Virus genome (UHGV): UHGV-0037185
Length of the DNA: 29,639 nt
Strand: one strand, 5' to 3'
Origin: a virus
Positions within the stretch are counted from its first letter, which is position 1, and every line of letters starts with the position of its first letter. Positions 27,050-29,639 of the stretch are shown here, one piece after another. The notes below the pieces were generated by a model that saw only the letters and a list, made by a program, of their open reading frames with translations, did not search any database and had not been told where the DNA came from. The position numbers and the translations under genes were made by a program.

Positions 27050-27550
27050 TTAATGCAGATATTGCTCTGGTTTTACCGACGTCAGAATTGTCGGTGCATA
27101 CTCAAACAGGCTGAATAATTCACGTAATGCACGGAATAAAGCATCACGCCAGTAACATGATTCTTCATTAATTCGCCAGTATGGCTGGTTGAATTCTTTT
27201 TCAGTCAATCCGGCATGCATAAATAAAGTACGACGCTGACTGACTGTTAAAAAACTAATATATGCATACTCACTTGCGCCAACCTGACGGCGTTTTGAGA
27301 ATGCCCCACGCAATTCATCAATTGCACATACCAGTCGTTCACGTTCGACATCATTCATTTCTTCAAAACGCATCGTTGCGTGGCGCTGTTTTAACTGCGC
27401 ATGGAAGCAAACCGTTAGCCGTTCGCGTTCCATCATCTGATTATAATAATCGCATGTCTCCTGCCAGCGAGGGACGGCAAGATGCTTACCAATTATCCTG
27501 CGCATAGCTGCTGGCTGTTTTTCGACGAGATTAAGCGTCATCACTGTCAT
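27050..27550 (-). CDS. B: Replication protein gpB
   Basis: 166-aa ORF, same length and position as P2 gpB. Confidence 0.85.
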   Translation of the reverse strand: MTVMTLNLVEKQPAAMRRIIGKHLAVPRWQETCDYYNQMMERERLTVCFHAQLKQRHATMRFEEMNDVERERLVCAIDELRGAFSKRRQVGASEYAYISFLTVSQRRTLFMHAGLTEKEFNQPYWRINEESCYWRDALFRALRELFSLFEYAPTILTSVKPEQYLH

Positions 27551-27783
27551 TTCCAGACCCTCCGGCTTTTCAGAAAGGTCAGAGCCTTTTTTAACGGACT
27601 CTGTTTTTTGGTACGGATAATGATTCCCTTGCGCCCCTTCCCGTGGGTGATGGTGAAGTCAATCGCCCTGGGGCTTTCGTTACGCAATAACTGAGCAATA
27701 CAACGAGGCTCGTTCATCCTTTCCACCTTAAGCCGCACGGCCATGTCTTGATTTGCTGTAACTAATGCGATTTTTCCAGTCAT
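27547..27783 (-). CDS. Hypothetical protein (P2 orf78 position)
   Basis: ORF 27547..27807; the internal start MTGKIAL gives 78 aa; start choice uncertain. Confidence 0.5.
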   Translation of the reverse strand: MTGKIALVTANQDMAVRLKVERMNEPRCIAQLLRNESPRAIDFTITHGKGRKGIIIRTKKQSPLKKALTFLKSRRVWK

Positions 27784-28084
27784 GCCATTCTGTCGGAGCT
27801 TCATCAACTAGCTGGGCTGCGTACTTGTCCCACTCACGACGATTAATCCATAACTCAGCATGACCGCCCGGCTTTAATGGGTCCGTCATATAAAAGGCTG
27901 GTAACTTGCCTGCTTTCGCCATTTCAGCAACAGCACGAGGCGTCTTACCGATGTAAAGAGCAAAACCCTCTTTCGAGAGCAAATCCGACGGTGCGGCTGC
28001 AAGTTTGATGTCACATTTTTTACTTTTTGTGAGATCAGATACTTTTTCTCCAACATCGTTATTCATTTCTGATCCAATACTCAT
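27728..28084 (-). CDS. cox: Cox-like excisionase / early-promoter regulator
   Basis: HTH segment ALYIGKTPRAVAEMAKAGKLPAFYMTDP resembles P2 Cox (AKLIGKSTGAVRRMIDKGKLPVIDMTDP, from memory); divergent from C. Track ORF starts at a TTG (28114); true start uncertain. Confidence 0.6.
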   Translation of the reverse strand: MSIGSEMNNDVGEKVSDLTKSKKCDIKLAAAPSDLLSKEGFALYIGKTPRAVAEMAKAGKLPAFYMTDPLKPGGHAELWINRREWDKYAAQLVDEAPTEWHDWKNRISYSKSRHGRAA

Positions 28085-28188
28085 TTTGATATCCTCAACT
28101 TTGGTGCCATTCAATCAGAGCTATTTGAAGCCGCTCTGCGTTGTTCTGGCGTGTCGCATACAACATAAATTACGAGATACGACAATTC
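28085..28188. promoter_or_regulatory. Immunity switch region (expected Pe and Pc promoters and operators)
   Basis: About 100-bp region between divergent cox and C, by P2 synteny; no operator repeats confidently identified. Confidence 0.45.
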
Positions 28189-28500
28189 ATGTCAAATACA
28201 CAAATCACATCTCAAGCAGAGAAACTCGCACTTATTCGGGAATCAGAAAGAATGACAAGGAAGCAAGTTGCTGAATTAACTGGAATTAACTACAACACCT
28301 ATGCTGGATATGAGCAGGGAAAAGTAAAGATGTCTTTTGACGCAGGTATGAAATTTTTCAAGCCAGAAAGATTTCGCAAGTACCGTGACTGGTTCATGTT
28401 TGATGAAACTGATCCCGCTGGCGGACAAATAGCCCCGGCGCTCGCGCACATTGGGCAAGACTCAACAACCTTGCACCACTCAGACCAAAAGACTGGCTGA
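28189..28500 (+). CDS. C: Immunity repressor C
   Basis: Internal start MSNTQITSQAEKLALIRESERMTRKQVAELTGINYNTYAGYEQGK (HTH); C-terminus GQIAPALAHIGQD...HHSDQKTG resembles P2 C; followed by int on the same strand. Confidence 0.8.
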   Translation: MSNTQITSQAEKLALIRESERMTRKQVAELTGINYNTYAGYEQGKVKMSFDAGMKFFKPERFRKYRDWFMFDETDPAGGQIAPALAHIGQDSTTLHHSDQKTG

Positions 28501-28593
28501 CGATTTATTCAGCATATGTGTGCAGTAAATGTACGAAAGAAAATTGCATTAATTTTCAAGTAGTAGAAGTAAACAGCGTCATCGGAGGGCTTT

Positions 28594-29589
28594 ATGTCTA
28601 TTAAAAAGCTCGATGATGGTCGTTATGAAGTGGACGTCAGACCGCAGGGTGCAGATGGAAAACGTATCAGGCGGAAATTTAAAACTAAAGGTGAAGCTCA
28701 AGCATTCGAACGTCATGTCCTGGTTAACTACCACAACAAAGAGTGGTTGGAGAAGCCGGCCGACCGCCGAACTCTTACAGAGTTGTTAGGCAGATGGTGG
28801 ATATATCACGGAAAATCACATGAGCGTGGAGATATTGAACGAGGGCGTTTGACGACAATAATCGCCAAATTTGCCGAGATGGGAGTGTCCAGGGCGGACC
28901 AGCTAACAAAGAAAACGATAACTGATTATCGCGTTGTAATGATGAACGATGGCCTAAAACCAGCCAGCGTAAATCGGCATCTGGCAATAATGAGCGGGAT
29001 GTTCACCAAGTTAATTGACGCCGGTGAATATCACTCTCACAACCCGTTCCGTGAGGTTAAGCGGTTACGTGAAGCTGTTACGGAAATGGCTTTTTTGTCC
29101 AGTGAAGAGATTACGCGGCTGTTATCCATGCTTGATGGTGATGAGTTAAATGCAACTCTGGTCTGCCTTTCTACTGGTGGACGCTGGAGTGAAGTGTCTA
29201 ATTTGAAAGCTGAACACATCATTAACCAGATGGTTACGTTTATGAAAACTAAAAACGGAAAGCGCAGGACAATTCCCGTTTCGCAGGACCTGATTAAACG
29301 GATCAAGACCAAAAATTCAGGCAGGCTTTTTAATGCCAGTTACTACAAAGTGCGCAACGCTCTCAGGGAAGTAAAACCCGATTTACCTGACGGACAGGCA
29401 GTGCATGTTTTGAGGCATACATTTGCCACACATTTTATAATGAATGGAGGTAACATAATCACATTGCAGCGCATCCTGGGTCATTCTAACATTCAGCAAA
29501 CTATGACCTACGCACACTTTGCACCGGATTTCTTACAAGATGCTGTGACTCTTAACCCGGTGTCAGGAATGTCCATAATGCGTCCATAA
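28594..29589 (+). CDS. int: Tyrosine integrase (P2 Int-like)
   Basis: 331-aa ORF with the C-terminal catalytic region HVLRHTFATHF...LGHSNIQQTMTYAHF (His-x-x-Arg and catalytic Tyr); GGAGGG ribosome-binding site before the ATG. Confidence 0.95.
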   Translation: MSIKKLDDGRYEVDVRPQGADGKRIRRKFKTKGEAQAFERHVLVNYHNKEWLEKPADRRTLTELLGRWWIYHGKSHERGDIERGRLTTIIAKFAEMGVSRADQLTKKTITDYRVVMMNDGLKPASVNRHLAIMSGMFTKLIDAGEYHSHNPFREVKRLREAVTEMAFLSSEEITRLLSMLDGDELNATLVCLSTGGRWSEVSNLKAEHIINQMVTFMKTKNGKRRTIPVSQDLIKRIKTKNSGRLFNASYYKVRNALREVKPDLPDGQAVHVLRHTFATHFIMNGGNIITLQRILGHSNIQQTMTYAHFAPDFLQDAVTLNPVSGMSIMRP

Positions 29590-29639
29590 ACCAGAGTTAA
29601 CTAGAGCCAATTGAAGCGATATGAGTAATTTAACTAATT

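Noticed and set aside
1-29639. CRISPR arrays, tRNA or rRNA genes, insertion sequences
   Set aside because: No arrays of regularly spaced direct repeats, no tRNA-like cloverleaf candidates and no transposase ORFs or terminal inverted repeats were seen; the only site-specific recombination features are the invertase system and the integrase.
29590-29639. Possible att core immediately after int
   Set aside because: No recognisable P2 attP core or repeat shared with the left edge of the window; too little flanking sequence to call.

Overview
The window is almost entirely a P2-like (Peduovirus-type) prophage of an enterobacterial host, in reverse orientation to the standard P2 map. Gene order and protein lengths follow P2: tail genes D-U-T-E/E+E'-FII-FI (minus strand), tail fibre and baseplate H-I-J-W-V, tail completion S-R, the lysis cassette lysC/lysB/lysA/K/Y, X, capsid genes L-M-N-O, then divergent terminase P and portal Q (plus strand), the cos site, a cargo island, replication genes A and B with small orfs, cox, the C repressor and integrase. 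ogr and both att sites lie outside the window. Four things stand out. (1) An AT-rich cargo island sits between cos and gene A, where P2 carries tin/old, and encodes a 273-aa protein I cannot place in any family; it is the best candidate for an undescribed system, most plausibly anti-phage defence. (2) A Pin/Gin/Hin-type serine invertase with two hix/gix-like crossover sites flanks an invertible tail-fibre segment at the P2 Z/fun position. (3) Three late genes, T, J and holin Y, each carry a single frameshift, so this is either a decaying prophage or a sequence with indel errors. (4) Canonical P2 signals are present: the 19-nt cos sequence, the E/E+E' slippery heptamer, nested lysB/lysC and HUH/tyrosine motifs in A. 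Coordinates for CDSs follow the supplied ORF track; sites I located by reading the sequence may be off by 1-2 nt. No rRNA, tRNA or CRISPR array was seen.
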